A stretch of 64,000 nucleotides of DNA from Lama guanicoe (lineage: Eukaryota), in NCBI GenBank assembly GCA_013239625.1, contig MU054212.1:4684270-4748269 (forward strand). Reading direction: 5' to 3'. Both the position numbers and the translations under genes were made by a program. A model generated the notes under the pieces. That model was not told the origin of the DNA. It searched no databases and saw only the letters and a list, made by a program, of their open reading frames with translations. Positions 24,255-37,719 of this stretch are shown here, one piece after another (within the stretch, counting starts at the first letter, position 1; every line of letters starts with the position of its first letter).

Positions 24255-25027
24255 TCTAACAACACCCATGCCCATCAAAGAACACATTTTTTAAAACATA
24301 GTAAGATCTTGCATCTTGTTAGACACCAAAATAACTTATAAATAAGGGACATTGTCTCCTCTTTTCAGGTTGACTTAGTTTCAGGGAAAACCTGAGCTAC
24401 AACAGCACTGGCATCTCTGCTTTTTCCCTTTTGTTCCTCCCTCTTACAGCTCTCAATTACGAATTACTTTTTAATACACTCTTCTCTTTTTTCCTGATCT
24501 GCTCCTCCTCTCTTCTTTCTTGCATTAGCCTCTCTAGAGAAATGATTCCAACAGCGAGTCCCGAAAATGCCTAATAGCTGAAGTACTTTTTGTGTACTGA
24601 ATGGCTAAAGTAGTTATTTGGTTGCAGCATTTAAATCCCATCTGCTGGGAATGAAGAGATTCATACAATTATTGTTTGTGTGGAAAGACTTTATTTCTAG
24701 CTCTCTGTGTAAATTTAGAGAAACAAAATCTGCAAACTAAATGTAAGTTGATGGAGATTATTAACATTAAATTTCTATATGTTGAAATATACTTAAGGAT
24801 TGAAATCCACAAACAATTATTTTTTAAATGATTTTTCTTTAATAGCTGACTAGTAATTAAGGAAAAAATATGTATTAAAAGCCACTTTGAGTTCATGAAT
24901 AGTTTTCATTGAGTTCACAACTGAAAATGTGGAAATTATATATGTAAGTTTTTAAAATATTACCTTCACTCATGAATTTGATATTTCTGACTTTAAAATA
25001 TTTAATGAATGGTATTTAAAGGATTTA

Positions 25028-25178
25028 TTTCTATAGTTGTTAAATTCAAAACCAAAATTATATTACTGAGATTCCTTCAACCTGTCTAATTTTTAAAAAT
25101 GGTTTCTATGGTTGTCAAATTGGAAAATAAAATTATATTACTGGGATTCCTTCAACGTGTCTAACTTTTAATAAAGGT
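25028..25178. repeat. ~75-bp diverged tandem duplication (2 copies)
   Basis: 'tttctat.gttgt.aaatt...aaaattatattactg.gattccttcaac.tgtctaa.tttta' starting at 25028 and 25103. Confidence 0.9.
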
Positions 25179-25234
25179 TAGTAAGAGCAATGGATTACAC
25201 AGTGATTAGAAGTATAACTCCAATTTTACATAAA

Positions 25235-26240
25235 ACCTAAAAGAACCCTTAAAAGTCAATAATAAGAAAACGACCCAATTTTAAAAAATGAGCCAAAGAC
25301 CTTAATGGATGCCTGAGCAAATAATTATATGAAAAGATGTTCCATATCACACATCATCAGGAAAATTCAAATTAAAACAAAGATGAGGTACCACTACGAA
25401 CCTATTAGAATGCTCAAATTTTGGAATACTGATAATACCAAATGCTGGTGAGGCTGTGGGAAAACAGGTACTCTTGCTCATTGCTGCTGGGAATGCAAAA
25501 TAATATAGCCAGTTTGGAGAACACTTCGGCACTTTCTTACAAAACAAAACATACTCTTACCATACAATCCACTAATTGAGCTCCTTAGTGTTGACCCAAA
25601 GGAGTTGAAAACTCTTTTTCCATGCAAAAAGCTGTACCTGGATGTTTATAGCAGCTTTATTCATAATTGCCAAGCAATCAAGATGTCCTTCAGTAGATAA
25701 GTGGATAAATAAACTGTGGTACATTCATACAATGGACTATTACTCGGCACTAATAAGAAATGCGCTCTAAAGTCATACAAAGACATGGAGGAAACTTAAA
25801 TGCATATTATTAAGTAAAAGAAGCCAACCTGAAAAGGCTCCACACTGTATGATTCCAACTATATGACATTCTGGAAAAGGCAAAAGTTGGAGCCAGTAAA
25901 GTGATCAGTGGTTGCAGGGTTTGGAGCTGTGGGAAGACGAGGCAGAACAAAGAAGATTTTTAGGGTAGTGAAAATACTCTATAGGATACCATAATGACAG
26001 ATACATGTCATTATACGTTTGTTCAGATTCACTGAACGTACAACACCAAGAGTGAACTATAATGTAAACCATGGATTGTGATGTGTCAATGTACGTTCAT
26101 CAACTGTAAAAAATGTATCACTCTGGTGGGAGGTGTTGATAATGGGGAATGTTATGCAGGGTGTATGTGGAAAATCCCTGTATCCTCCCATCAATGTTTA
26201 TTCAGACCTTAAACTGCTTGAAAAAATAAAGTCTTAATAA
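25235..26240 (+). mobile_element. L1MC1-like, ORF2 end and 3'UTR
   Basis: 'gacatggaggaaacttaaatgcatatt', 'tatgattccaactatatgacattctggaaaaggcaaaa' and 'acaacaccaagagtgaact'. Confidence 0.88.
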
Positions 26241-26243
26241 AAG

Positions 26244-26345
26244 ATTAATAAATTAATATTAATAATAAATATTAATATTAAATAATATTATTTATTAATA
26301 ATAAATAATAAATAAAAATAATAATAAAATTAATAAATTAATAAT
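26244..26345. repeat. Pure A/T low-complexity tract derived from the L1 tail
   Basis: About 100 bp with no G or C, built of aat/att units. Confidence 0.9.
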
Positions 26346-26964
26346 GTGCTATGCACATAGAAAAAAATTAACCCTAATCTAATCCAAAATCTTAAGCAAT
26401 TAATCAGAAATTAACACAGATGTAATTTATATGCATTAAGGGGATTTTTTCTTACTTTTTTACAACATCAAAATATAAAAATCTAAATATTGATGCTACA
26501 GAATGATATACAAAATGTAATATATTGATAAGATGCATTACTTCACAATTATTAAAAGTTATGCTTTATATTTTTGAGGACTTGACAAAATTCTCCTCTG
26601 AAAAATTTAGTAAAAAAAGCAGAACACCAAACTTTACATAGACATTTTTTGCATGAACTTGTATAAATTTTCAGATGTTTCTATTACTACATACATGATA
26701 TTTTTATAATTACACTATGTATCAAAGTGTAATTTTAAGGAATTCCAAAGGAAAAATATCTTGTAAAAAGATTATTCCCAATTTAAAGCATTATGATAAA
26801 GCTAGAATATAGGTATTATATTTTCTTAAAAGTAGATGCACTCATCTATTTATCCAAACCCCTACTACATGTATCTCCAGTCTTCAGAACACTAAGTGGA
26901 TCAGAGAGTATGATGGGGCACCATCCATCACAGTCAGCAGCGAAGACCCTCCCCTTCCCCTCAA

Positions 26965-26987
26965 ACACACACACACACACACACACA
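26965..26987. repeat. (AC)n microsatellite
   Basis: Direct observation. Confidence 0.95.
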
Positions 26988-28823
26988 TGATTAATCACAA
27001 TTAATTCCCTCCAGGGTAAGATGGAAAGTAGTTTTAAGAAAAACTAATTTGAATATTAATATTTGGACATTTACACTTGGATTTAGTATCTTCGTTCGGG
27101 TTTTTGATCTAAATTTATGCATTATAGTCCCTACTACAGCAGAATATATATCATAGTATATAATATATGAATAAAATTCATTATAAAAATAAAATTAATC
27201 ATTTGTAATTAAAGTTATTAAAACATAGTATTATTTAATGACTAACAGAATCTTGTACTATTCTATATATCTCAGCATTCTTTCTACATGTAACCTCTGC
27301 CTTAATAAAGTCAGATATATGAAAATCTGAATTAAAAAATACAAAGAGATATTAGTTATAGCATCTATTTGTAGACTATTAAGCACTGTCAGAGATAATT
27401 CATAGAGCATCTTAGGAACTCTTTTTATTGGAAAGTAATCAAATATCAATAAGTAATCCATAAAATTCAGAATCTAAAGTTAATTTGAAAACCACTTTTG
27501 TTTATAAAAATTCTGCATAGATTTTTAGGAATATGCTTATTCCATAGAGTAAAATCTTACATGAAAATGTCAATATAGAATGTACCTACAGAATACATCA
27601 ATAGTCACTCAATTCTACTTTTGCTATTCCTCACATGAGAATTGTTTGACATTTTGTGCTACAAATTCAATTGAGCCTTCTCGATACAATCTGTGAGACT
27701 AACCATGGGTTAATGAAGGAACTGATCAGTCTGCGTTAGTCCATAGTGCATGCGGAAGTAGCTATTAGAGACACCATGGAAAGAACAGCTGGTCTGCTCG
27801 TTGGGGGGAAAAAAATCTTGTTTACTGGGTTCATTCCAAAGATGCTAACTACATGGTCCCCAGGTGCACTGGTGGTGGTTGTTTCCTTTACAATCATTCT
27901 GAACTGTGATTTTAATGGACTCATATGGACAATATTTACTGCCCAAATTGGACAGTACTCCCTATATACTAATTATATTCAGCACAAATGAAAATCTTCA
28001 AGTATTGTTCAGTCAATGATATTCTGATTACTGAACAGCTGCAGTGAATGTTTTTCACTTTTTGTATATTGTATCTTTTTACTCCTTTAAAAATAAATAA
28101 CTCTTATAAATATAATTCAAATAAACACTAGAAATCTGATGATATCCAAAATGCAGGGGCTGTTGCTTATGATAAACTCACTATTTACTATACTATTCAA
28201 TGAAAACTACAGTAATCATCTTAATACTTTCCAGTTATTATTTATTTTGCCACTCTTTCTCAAAAAAACACAATTCTAATATAAGGAAATCCACAGATCT
28301 GTTTCAATTTTAATAGATTTAAATAAAATTATTTTTTCTTCTGACTATAGACAGTCATCCTTATGGAACTGTTTGTTCTTAACAAATGAAACAATAGAAC
28401 GATCAAAGGGACTCAATTCAATAAAACAAAAAATTAGTTCTGTTGCTATTTTTTGTATCAATAGTAAGAAATTAATAAGAAAATGTAATCCTTTGTGCCT
28501 GTGCATTGTGCTTCTAAGAGGCAACTGGACACAAGGTCTTTGAACAGGATCCAGCCTTTTGTAAAAGTACATAGTCCTAAATTAAGGATAGTACCTTGAT
28601 AGTATAACAATCTGAAGCAACGTATGACAGTCAAATCTATACTATCCTCAAAAAACTTTTAAATAACACAAAGGTGTTCATAAAAATCAAGTCTGGATAC
28701 AGGTCTCACATAGCTTCTACTTAGAGTCAAGGCTGTGCTTTCTAGAGATCTAATGCCTTTGCGTAGAGATTACTTCATAAGGGATCTCCAACTAAAAATT
28801 CCGTCATCCTTTTCAGGTGATGA

Positions 28824-28851
28824 GTGTGCGTGTGTGTGTGTGTGTGTGTGT
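28824..28851. repeat. (TG)n microsatellite
   Basis: Direct observation, one interruption. Confidence 0.95.
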
Positions 28852-30069
28852 TTCTGGTAAAGAACCCTCCATGAATGGCCCATATCAAATGACCAGTGTA
28901 AAATTATATAACTAATGCTACAATGTAACAGCTCTACACACAGTCTTTGAACCATGGCCATATTTATTATATAGTCCTGCCTATTTTGCAATGCTCTCCC
29001 CATTTCAACAGAGACATTCTTCATCTTAAGTGTTTATGCTAATCAACTCATAATGTACAATCATTCTAGACTTGCAATTATCAGACTACAAAACATTGCT
29101 TTACAGCAAACTGTACACCGATAATGTAGAAGTGATTAATCTCTCTCGTATTGTTCATTTGTTGCTATGGAAATACTGCTCCTCTACAGAGCTATTAGTA
29201 AACATTATATTAAGACTGCTGCCAATGACAGAGTCAACCTTGGCAAACTCTGCAACAAATGCAAAGCAGCATCATTGCAGCCATGCTCCACCAGGCATGC
29301 ACTCATCACAGGGGGCTTTTTATCAAGAGGATTTTGTTTCAGTGAAAAAATAAAATTTCTATCATGAAACATACTGATAGAAAATTGACTACACATTGGT
29401 ATTTATTAAGAATGCAAGCAATTAAAATGTATAAATAATTTATAATTCAAATCATTTTTCTGGTTTGTTCAAAATGCCATTTTATATGCATATCCTTATA
29501 AAAATTGAGTATTTCTTTGACTATAGTGAACAATTGATACATTTCTTCCTTTCAAACTTAAAATAAAAACATATGATTCTTTCCTTCCTAGAAACACTGC
29601 AATGATATAAAGTAGAGTTAATATTTGAATAAAAATTAATGTAGCACATCATATATGAGCTTAGGAGGGGCAGAATCTCATGTTATCATATGTAATACAT
29701 TTGGTCACATTAGGTTGAAGTGACATGTGGGCCGAAATAGTTTTCTCATTTCCGTTAGGACTCATAACAATATATTTCTGTAAATACTTTTCACTCATGG
29801 CACAAAGTGAAGAAAAATATTTTCAATTGCCATGAAGTATACCTTGCTGTCAGAAAAGCTAATTTGATAAAATGTCTCTAAACAAATACAGATTCAGCTT
29901 ATATTAATCAAGTTAAAAGGTTTAGTGTATTTTTACTTATTAGTAGGAGGTTGTTACGATTGCCACTTGACAAAGTAGTCTTTGAATTTAAGATAATATG
30001 CAATAATTTCAAATCAGTGAGCTAAATGTAGTAGAGAAATAATACCATTCATTGCTTTGGTGTTTTTAT

Positions 30070-31510
30070 TTTATTTTTTTCAGTTTTATTGAGGTATACT
30101 TCACAAATAAAAATTTGTCTATATTTACTATTTATATTTATTTAAAGTGTTTACAATGTGATATTTGATATTTGTATGTATTGTGAAATGATTACCATGA
30201 TCAAGCTAATTAATATATCCATCATCTCACACAGAGCACTTTCAGTAAATTTCAAATATATAATACGTTACTGCTAACTACAGTCACTATGCTGTATATT
30301 ACAATCTTCAGAATTTATTTTTCCTGCATAACTGAAACTTTGTACCATTTAGCCAACATCTCTCTCATTTTACTCATCTCCTTCAGCCCCTGGCAACCAG
30401 CATTCTACTCTCTGTTTCTATGAGTCTGACTTTTTCAGATTCTGCATATATTTGAAATACTGCAGTATTTATCTTTCCGTGTCTGGCTTATTTCACTTAG
30501 CATAATGTCCTCTGGGTTCATTCACATTGCTGCAAATGGCAGGATTTCTTCTTTTTTAAGACTAAATAATATTTCATTGTGTGTGTGCATGTGTGTGTGT
30601 GTGTGTGTGTGTGTATACACACACACATTTTTTTTCTTTATCCATCTATCCAACAACAATGGACACAAAGTAGTTTCCACACACGGCAATTGTGAATAAT
30701 GCTGCAATGAAGATGGGGGTATAGATATCTCTTTGACATACTAATTTCATTCCCTTTGGATACCTTCCCAGAAACAGAATTGCTGGATCACATGGCAATT
30801 CTACTTTTAATTTTTTGACAAGCATCCATACTGTTTTCCATACTGGCTGTACCAATTTACATTTCTACCAACAGTGAACCAGTGCTCCAAAAGTGTACCC
30901 AAAGTACGCCTTGTCTCCACATCTTCTCCAATATTTGTTGGTTCTTGTTTTTTTGATAGTAGTCATCCTAACAGGTGTGAGGTGATATCTTACTGTGGTT
31001 TTGATTTGCATTTCCCCGATAATGTTGAGCAAATTTCATATACTTGTTGGCCATTTGTATTTTTTTTTAGTAAAGTCCTTTGCCCTATTGTTGAATAATT
31101 TGTTTTTTCACTATTGAGTTGTTTGAATTCTTTATATATTTCGAATATTAACCCTTTATTGGGTGTATGGTTTACAAATATTTTCTCCCTTTCCATTGGT
31201 TGCCTTTTCGTTCTGTTGATTGTGTTCTTTCCTTTGCAGAAGGCTTTTAGTTTAATGTAACCCCACTTGTCTATTTTTGCCTTTGTTGCCTGTGTTTTGG
31301 GGGTCACATCTAAAAATGTCATTGCCCCGACCAATGCTAAGAAGACTTTTCCCTTTTATTCTTCCAGTAGTTTTATAGTTTCAGGTCTTACATTTAAGTC
31401 TTCACTCATGAGTTTAGTTTTGTATATGGTATGAGAGAAGGGTCCAGTTTCCCTCTTCTGCATGCTGATACCCAGATTTCTCATCAGAGTTTATTGAAAA
31501 CTATCTCTTC
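30070..31510 (-). mobile_element. L1MA (L1MA8/9-like), ORF2 C-terminus and 3'UTR
   Basis: Minus ORFs 30990-31334 ('TPKTQATKAKIDKWGYIKLK') and 30646-30855 ('QPVWKTVW...DPAILFLG...FIAALFTIA') are L1 ORF2p; the 3'UTR motif 'tcaagctaattaatatatccatcatctcac' is present; internal (TG)n at ~30579-30614. Confidence 0.93.
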
Positions 31511-31654
31511 CTAATTTAGTTGTTTTGGTAGTTTTAATGATGTTAAGAAACAGATTTAATGTTTGTAAACTGGTGTTGAAATTTAAACTGGCCGAAATCA
31601 TTAAATATAGTGGTGTGCTTTAGTCTTCTGTCATTTATTCTTTCACACATACAC

Positions 31655-31780
31655 TCATTCATCATTAAGTAAATGTTTGAGTGTCTACTTTAGCTTACTT
31701 TTAAGGATGGACTAGATAATCTGCCAGCTCGTAAAGTACTTAGGGACTAGTAGAATCAGAGAGAGACAACTTAGATAATT
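31655..31780 (-). mobile_element. L2 3' fragment
   Basis: 'ctcattcatcattaagtaaatgtttgagtgtctact' is an antisense L2 tail. Confidence 0.45.
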
Positions 31781-32434
31781 GGTGAATCACATGTTTGAGA
31801 TAGTTTTACACAGGTTGCTTTTATTTAGTCCAAAAGAATAAGTTAGTAATAAACTCAAATTATCTACAACACTACTGATCACGTAATTAGTTAACCATTT
31901 CAGAATTTAAAAAATAATTATTTAGAAGTTAATATGAAGGTCCTATTTGGAAGTTTTTAGGGGAAAATGTCATAATAAATAGATTTAGCATTCCAAATTG
32001 ATAAAATAAAACTGGTTTTCATGATCCACTATTAATTCTACCCAACAGGATAACATTTGTGTTAATCCCCACAATAATATTTTTACAGGTACAAAGCATT
32101 GCCTAATCAATAAATTTTTATTATTAAAAGTTATTTTAATATTAACAGACGATAAAATGCCTATTGCTAGATTAAGCAAAAGAAAATTTCCAAAATCATT
32201 TGAAGTTTTACATCACAGGTGTAAATGTTTCAATTCATTACAGTTAATGAAGGATGGTGGGTCCGGAAAAGATTTCATATCAGATGTAGTCACGGTCATT
32301 TCTTCTGTTCATTAAATCATTCATTATGTTATCGTACTTGCACAAATCCTTCAACTTTAATATATTAATCCAAAACCAAATCTTTAAGAATTTGTGTCAA
32401 ATGATACACGATATGTAAAAACTATGTTTTAGTT

Positions 32435-32532
32435 TTACACGTATGCACACATATATACATACACCACACACATATATATTATATACATACATACACATAT
32501 GTACACAAACACATACAGATAATATATACATG
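32435..32532. repeat. Degenerate (CA/TA)n simple repeat
   Basis: Alternating acac/atat tract. Confidence 0.85.
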
Positions 32533-33769
32533 TGATTTCTTGACTGCAATATTGTATTATTTTAAAAATTTTAAGCAATATGCTTTAAGGATTTTATTCA
32601 CCTACTTTTGTGGTTTAGTGATATTTACATTTAAATCAATTGTAGTTAATTAATAAAATATAACCATCGGATTTATTGAATAAATACTATTAAAGTCAGC
32701 TAATATTTGACAGCAATCAGCCTGAAAGTGAGGAGAAATAAGCTTTCAAGATCTAATGTGGACAGTGAAACTCATTTTCATCTAATAAGCATTAATGTGT
32801 GACAAAGTTGCTAGATTCCCAAAGGCATCCTGGAACACATTTCATCTGGCTACATCATTATGGAAATTCTGACCTTTGATCTTAATTGGTCATTCAGATT
32901 TTCATGATTGCAGTCACAATTTTGGTTAGAAACCACCCACACCAGTGTTTTGAATAAAATGTTTGCACATGTAGTTTTGGTTTAGTAAATCAGGGTGGGG
33001 TGTGACTAAAACTTGTCAGAGGCTGAAAATAACTAGCACTCATGGTGGGGTATTTACCAGTCAGAAAACCCTTCTTGGGAACAAAGCAAGTGAAGCTGTA
33101 GGAAACAGCAGATTTTCAAAACTTAGAATAATTGGCAAGCAGGTAGTTTTAAATCCAACAAATAACTGAGAAATGTCTTCTCACACTTGATGTAACAATG
33201 ATGATAAATAGCACCCAAATGCAAAAAATGAACACAAGGGCTGAGATGGTGTACTGTCCATTCTTAGACAGGACAAAGGGGCCCCATGCAGTGAATAGTG
33301 TTAAATAGGTGAAACTCCACGGTGTGATTAAGAAGAAATTTCATAAATATAAAAAAATTTGAGTTGTTTTAACAGCACTTAATGGTTGGTCAATATGCTT
33401 ATTTGTTTCATATCTGAGTGGGAAGAATAATACAATTTCATTACATGAAGAAGAGGAAAAGTTTTATACTTTAGTTTTGCTAGTTCTCGATGGAAAAAAT
33501 TCACTTGACACTATGGAAGTACAAAATATTATCATTATAAAGCATTATAGCTAAACAACAAAAAAAAAGATCTGGCTTTTAGGATTGATCTCACACACAG
33601 CTCAAGTCAAATATTTTTGTTTCTTCCCATTCTCCCTTTAATTTCTTCTCAACATTCCCATTCTCAATGGTTCTTAAACTAAGTGTGGATGAGAAAAGTC
33701 TGAGGATATTTTAACAGATATCAAAGTCCTTCCTTTCTTCTTCCTTTCACTAGCTATGTATTTATTAAT

Positions 33770-34100
33770 CAACTTTATTGAAATACAGTTCACATAACAT
33801 GCAATTCATTCATTTAAACTGTCCAACTGTGTATATTTTAGTATATTTATAGAGCTGCACAACCATCAACACAATCTAATTTCAGATTATTTTCAAACGC
33901 CTCCCAAAAGGAAACTCTTACTTATTTGCTGTCACTTCTCATTTTGCCATAATCTGAATATACCAGTCCTATGGAACCATTCATCTACTTTCTATCTTTA
34001 TAGAACTGCCTATTATTCTGGGCATTTTAAGTAAATGTAATCATGTGATATGCAATCTCTCTGTAAATGCCTTCTTTCACATAGCAAAATATAGTCAAAT
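33770..34100 (-). mobile_element. L1MB 3'UTR
   Basis: 'actttattgaaatacagttcacataacatgcaattcattcatttaaa...gcacaaccatcaacacaatctaattt'. Confidence 0.8.
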
Positions 34101-34169
34101 TGTAGCATTCTTCTTAGTTTCTTATGGAACCATAGAGTCCCACATGCAGAGAGGGGCTATAAGGAGAGT

Positions 34170-34390
34170 GGCAGTAGGAAAATGTAAAATAGTCTTAATG
34201 TCATATCAGGACAGCTAGATCCTACCACTAAGTTACTGAGTGCCTCCTGATGCTCAGTATGTGGTCTAACCTCCTGACGCCTCAGTGTCCTTTAATGAAA
34301 TTCAACATTACTTAATAAATAGCTTTAAAGGAATAAATGAAGAAACAAGTGAATTGAATTAGTTTTAGTAAATAATCCTAAAGGTTTCCT
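34170..34390 (+). mobile_element. MIR SINE, degraded
   Basis: 'taacctcctgacgcctcagtgtcctt...aggaataaatgaag' resembles the MIR core. Confidence 0.5.
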
Positions 34391-37300
34391 TCAGTATTAT
34401 GATTCTATAAATCTTCTCATTGTGGGAAGTATTATTAATTATAATGTGATAGTGATCGTTACTCAAAAGCATGATTCCCAAACTCAGACCAACGAAGTCT
34501 CCAAAGCCTGGGCTCTTTCCAAGGCTTACTGCTGTATTCTGGTTTCAACATTAGTTTTGCCAGTATTATTCATCTTCTGCCTCTTCTCTCTGGATCTTTT
34601 TTGTCCTAGACCATTTGGATGGTCAGATGAAAGATTTAAGTTTGACAGGACACTTGGAAACAAAAGGGGAGAAAATACAGAGCTAGGGTTCTGTTTTATT
34701 AGTACATAACTGTATTAGTCCATTTTCATTAAAGTCCAAAAGCGTCTAACACATCCATACTATTTTTGTATTGAATGTGACAAAAATATGTTCTCTTGGC
34801 AGGTGTCTGTTTCATAGACTTGAACTCCTGTCAACTTTTCCGCTAATTTTTGCTTCTTTGTGACAGTTTCTTACAACTAATGATGTAAAATAAGAGTCAT
34901 CACAGGGAAGCACTCTGCGAACTAAAGTAGCTCAGCAGATTCATGCTTATGCCAGTGAATATGTGCATCTTATGAAGTTGTTGATATATGTCTTAAATGA
35001 AAAGAAACAGGTTAGAAAATTGCTGAATAATTCACATCAAAGAGTTCTCTCACTCTCTCTCTCTCTCTCTCCCCCTCTAAGTGAGGAATAGAATATGTTA
35101 CATGTTTAAGGAACTGAAGATCCCCAAAGTGGCTATTTTCACTGTAAGAAATATTTTCATTTTTTTCTGAATGGCTGGATTTGGATAAAGAATATACTAA
35201 TTCAACAGTACTGCTCATTACTTGGAAGCAATTTTGTGTTAAGCAGGGAGTTAGTCTATGATCTATATATTCTTTATTCCTAGTGTTGAAGCAATTTTGA
35301 GTACTTCAAGGACGGTTTTTAAGGAAGGATGGACAATTTTTGGCAATCCTGCTTTAACCACTGCACATAAAAGAAACAATAGTTAAGCTCAGAATGAGGT
35401 CATAAAACTTCCCCTTGGATTAGCTCACCAGCCAGTGCAAGCCATTAGATTTTACTTGAATTACACCTCATACCTTTTGATAGTTGTAAGGAACATGGCT
35501 GCCAGAGTGATCTTTCCATCCACACAATCATCCGGGAGAGATGGCAGTATTCCTTTTTTAAAATTAGAGCTAGGCAATTCTACCTCATTTACATCCTTAA
35601 GTACAGCTGATTTGGAATGTTTATGTTATTAATGAATATCTGCTCAAAAGAGAGGCTGGCTGGACACTGAAACAGAGGCTCACTTTATTTGGAACTTCAG
35701 TCAAAAGTATACTAATATTTACTTAGAGCTCAATGTCTGCTAATGATGGGCCAATATCTCAGAAAACTAAAGGGAAAAAAAAAGATTTTCTAAGGAGATT
35801 AGAATACACTGTGATTGAGCAACATGATCTATTTTTTATAGAAATGCAGGAAGCTAGTTTATTTTCAGACCACTGATTGGTAAATACAGTAGAAATTAAA
35901 TAACCTTAGTACAACTCTCCATAAAGTATAATTTTGGTGCTTTTAAAGCATTACATAGATAAATAAATTTTAGTAACTCAATATTTCATATTCCCCATTA
36001 AGAAAGTCAAATGCATATTTGTCTATGCAAAGTTCTAGAGAAATAAAACCAACCTTTTTCATGCCTGACTCCATTCACACTATCACCAAAATTACTACCG
36101 TCAACAACAAAAGTAAACAAGCAAGCAAAAAAATAACAATAATTTGTAGCCTTTGTTCAATTCACTGTTTTAAGAATTGTTTAAAGGATCATGGGCATTT
36201 TTTGGTTAAATCTATTAATGTCCCCAAAACACTTAAGCTTTTTGAGAAATTCTGTCTTACAGAGGAGTACTCATCAGACACAATCCCCTCTATAGGAATC
36301 ACTTACAACAGGAGACCAAAATAATAGATAATAAAATCTTACAGCCTTTTATTAGTGCACTCAGATCCAAGAAACAGGATTAACAAGTCTCTAAATCCCC
36401 ACATGCATGCATTTTGAATTTTATCACTTCATTCTGCCTTTGTCTCTATTTGCACACCTATTGAAGGAATAATTGAGTTCTTCACAGTTTGATATTTGTC
36501 TGGCACTCATCAATTAGATATAACAACTACTGGTATTCTTGTTTTACTCATTGTCTTTTTTCTAAGCTATGATCTGCCCACTCATTTCAAAGGGCATCTA
36601 TTACTTAGGTCATCTGAACCAAATAACACATTACCAGATACAATTTCCGTGTTAAATTCCATGGGCAGTGTCCCTGCTGGTATAACTTTCAGCACACTGA
36701 TATAAAATCATTCAGTCAGGACATGAAAACAGTTTGGTGGTAAACACTCTGCCAGAGTTAGTTAGGTGATAGTTTTGTACATCAAGCTATTACGTACAAA
36801 TGTTATTATTAGTAGTAAAGGATAGAGCTTGAACTCAGAGCTAAAATGTCCAACCTTATTTTCTAAGTGAAACTGAGATATTTGTATAAAGCAATCACTC
36901 TGTGTTATGAAATTTATCTGAATTCTTACATATTGAGTTTCATTGGAAAAAAAATTCATCCAAATCTAACAAAAGTCACTATAACATAAAAGCATTTAAT
37001 AATGAAATGGCCTCTCAAAAATTTCTTGCCACTTACTACGAACTTAGGGCATATTCATTCTAATGGTGTCAAAATATTTGTTGGTTTCACACATATTTGT
37101 GTTATAAATACAATACTATACATAACAAAGTGAACAAACAAATCATTTTAAAAGATTCAGTATTTTATTTGGTGATTTTGGAATAGTTTTTAAATCATAC
37201 TCCATCTCAATGACTACTTAGAATATGACGGTTTGATCTGTTACTACTCAAAGAAAAGGACATCGATGAGAAGTTTCCACAATGAATGGAGTACAAGATT

Positions 37301-37719
37301 ACTGACAGGATCTTTCGAAAATTGACGAATTTTTGTACTATTTTTTTCAGGTGTTAAAAATGACTGCAAAAAATATTAAGTGTAAAGTGTATATGAAATA
37401 CTGCACACAATATAAGTAGAAAGGTAAATTATGTCCTTCTGTGAGTATTAATGACTGAATTGTTTAAGTGGTTCTAAAATCTGAAGTGTAATTGCTGTTA
37501 CAATTCCAAATATTAAAATATAATACAAAACAATTTTAATTTCTCAAGATACTATCCCAATACAACATTTTTTGCTTGACTTATATTTGGAAAATTGTTT
37601 CACATTTTAAATGAATTCACTTAAAATGGCTGCATTTAGTTTAATTTAGTTTCCTTGATAGAAAGTGATTTATCATTTGCCATTAAAAATATAGATAATG
37701 TTAGAGCAAACTTCAAAGG

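Noticed and set aside
30646..31334. Minus-strand ORFs of 69 and 114 aa
   Set aside because: L1 ORF2p C-terminal fragments inside a decayed L1MA
37195..37330. Short open frame '...KKRTSMRSFHNEW...' faintly like an hAT transposase N-terminus
   Set aside because: Too short, and no terminal inverted repeats or other transposase motifs nearby
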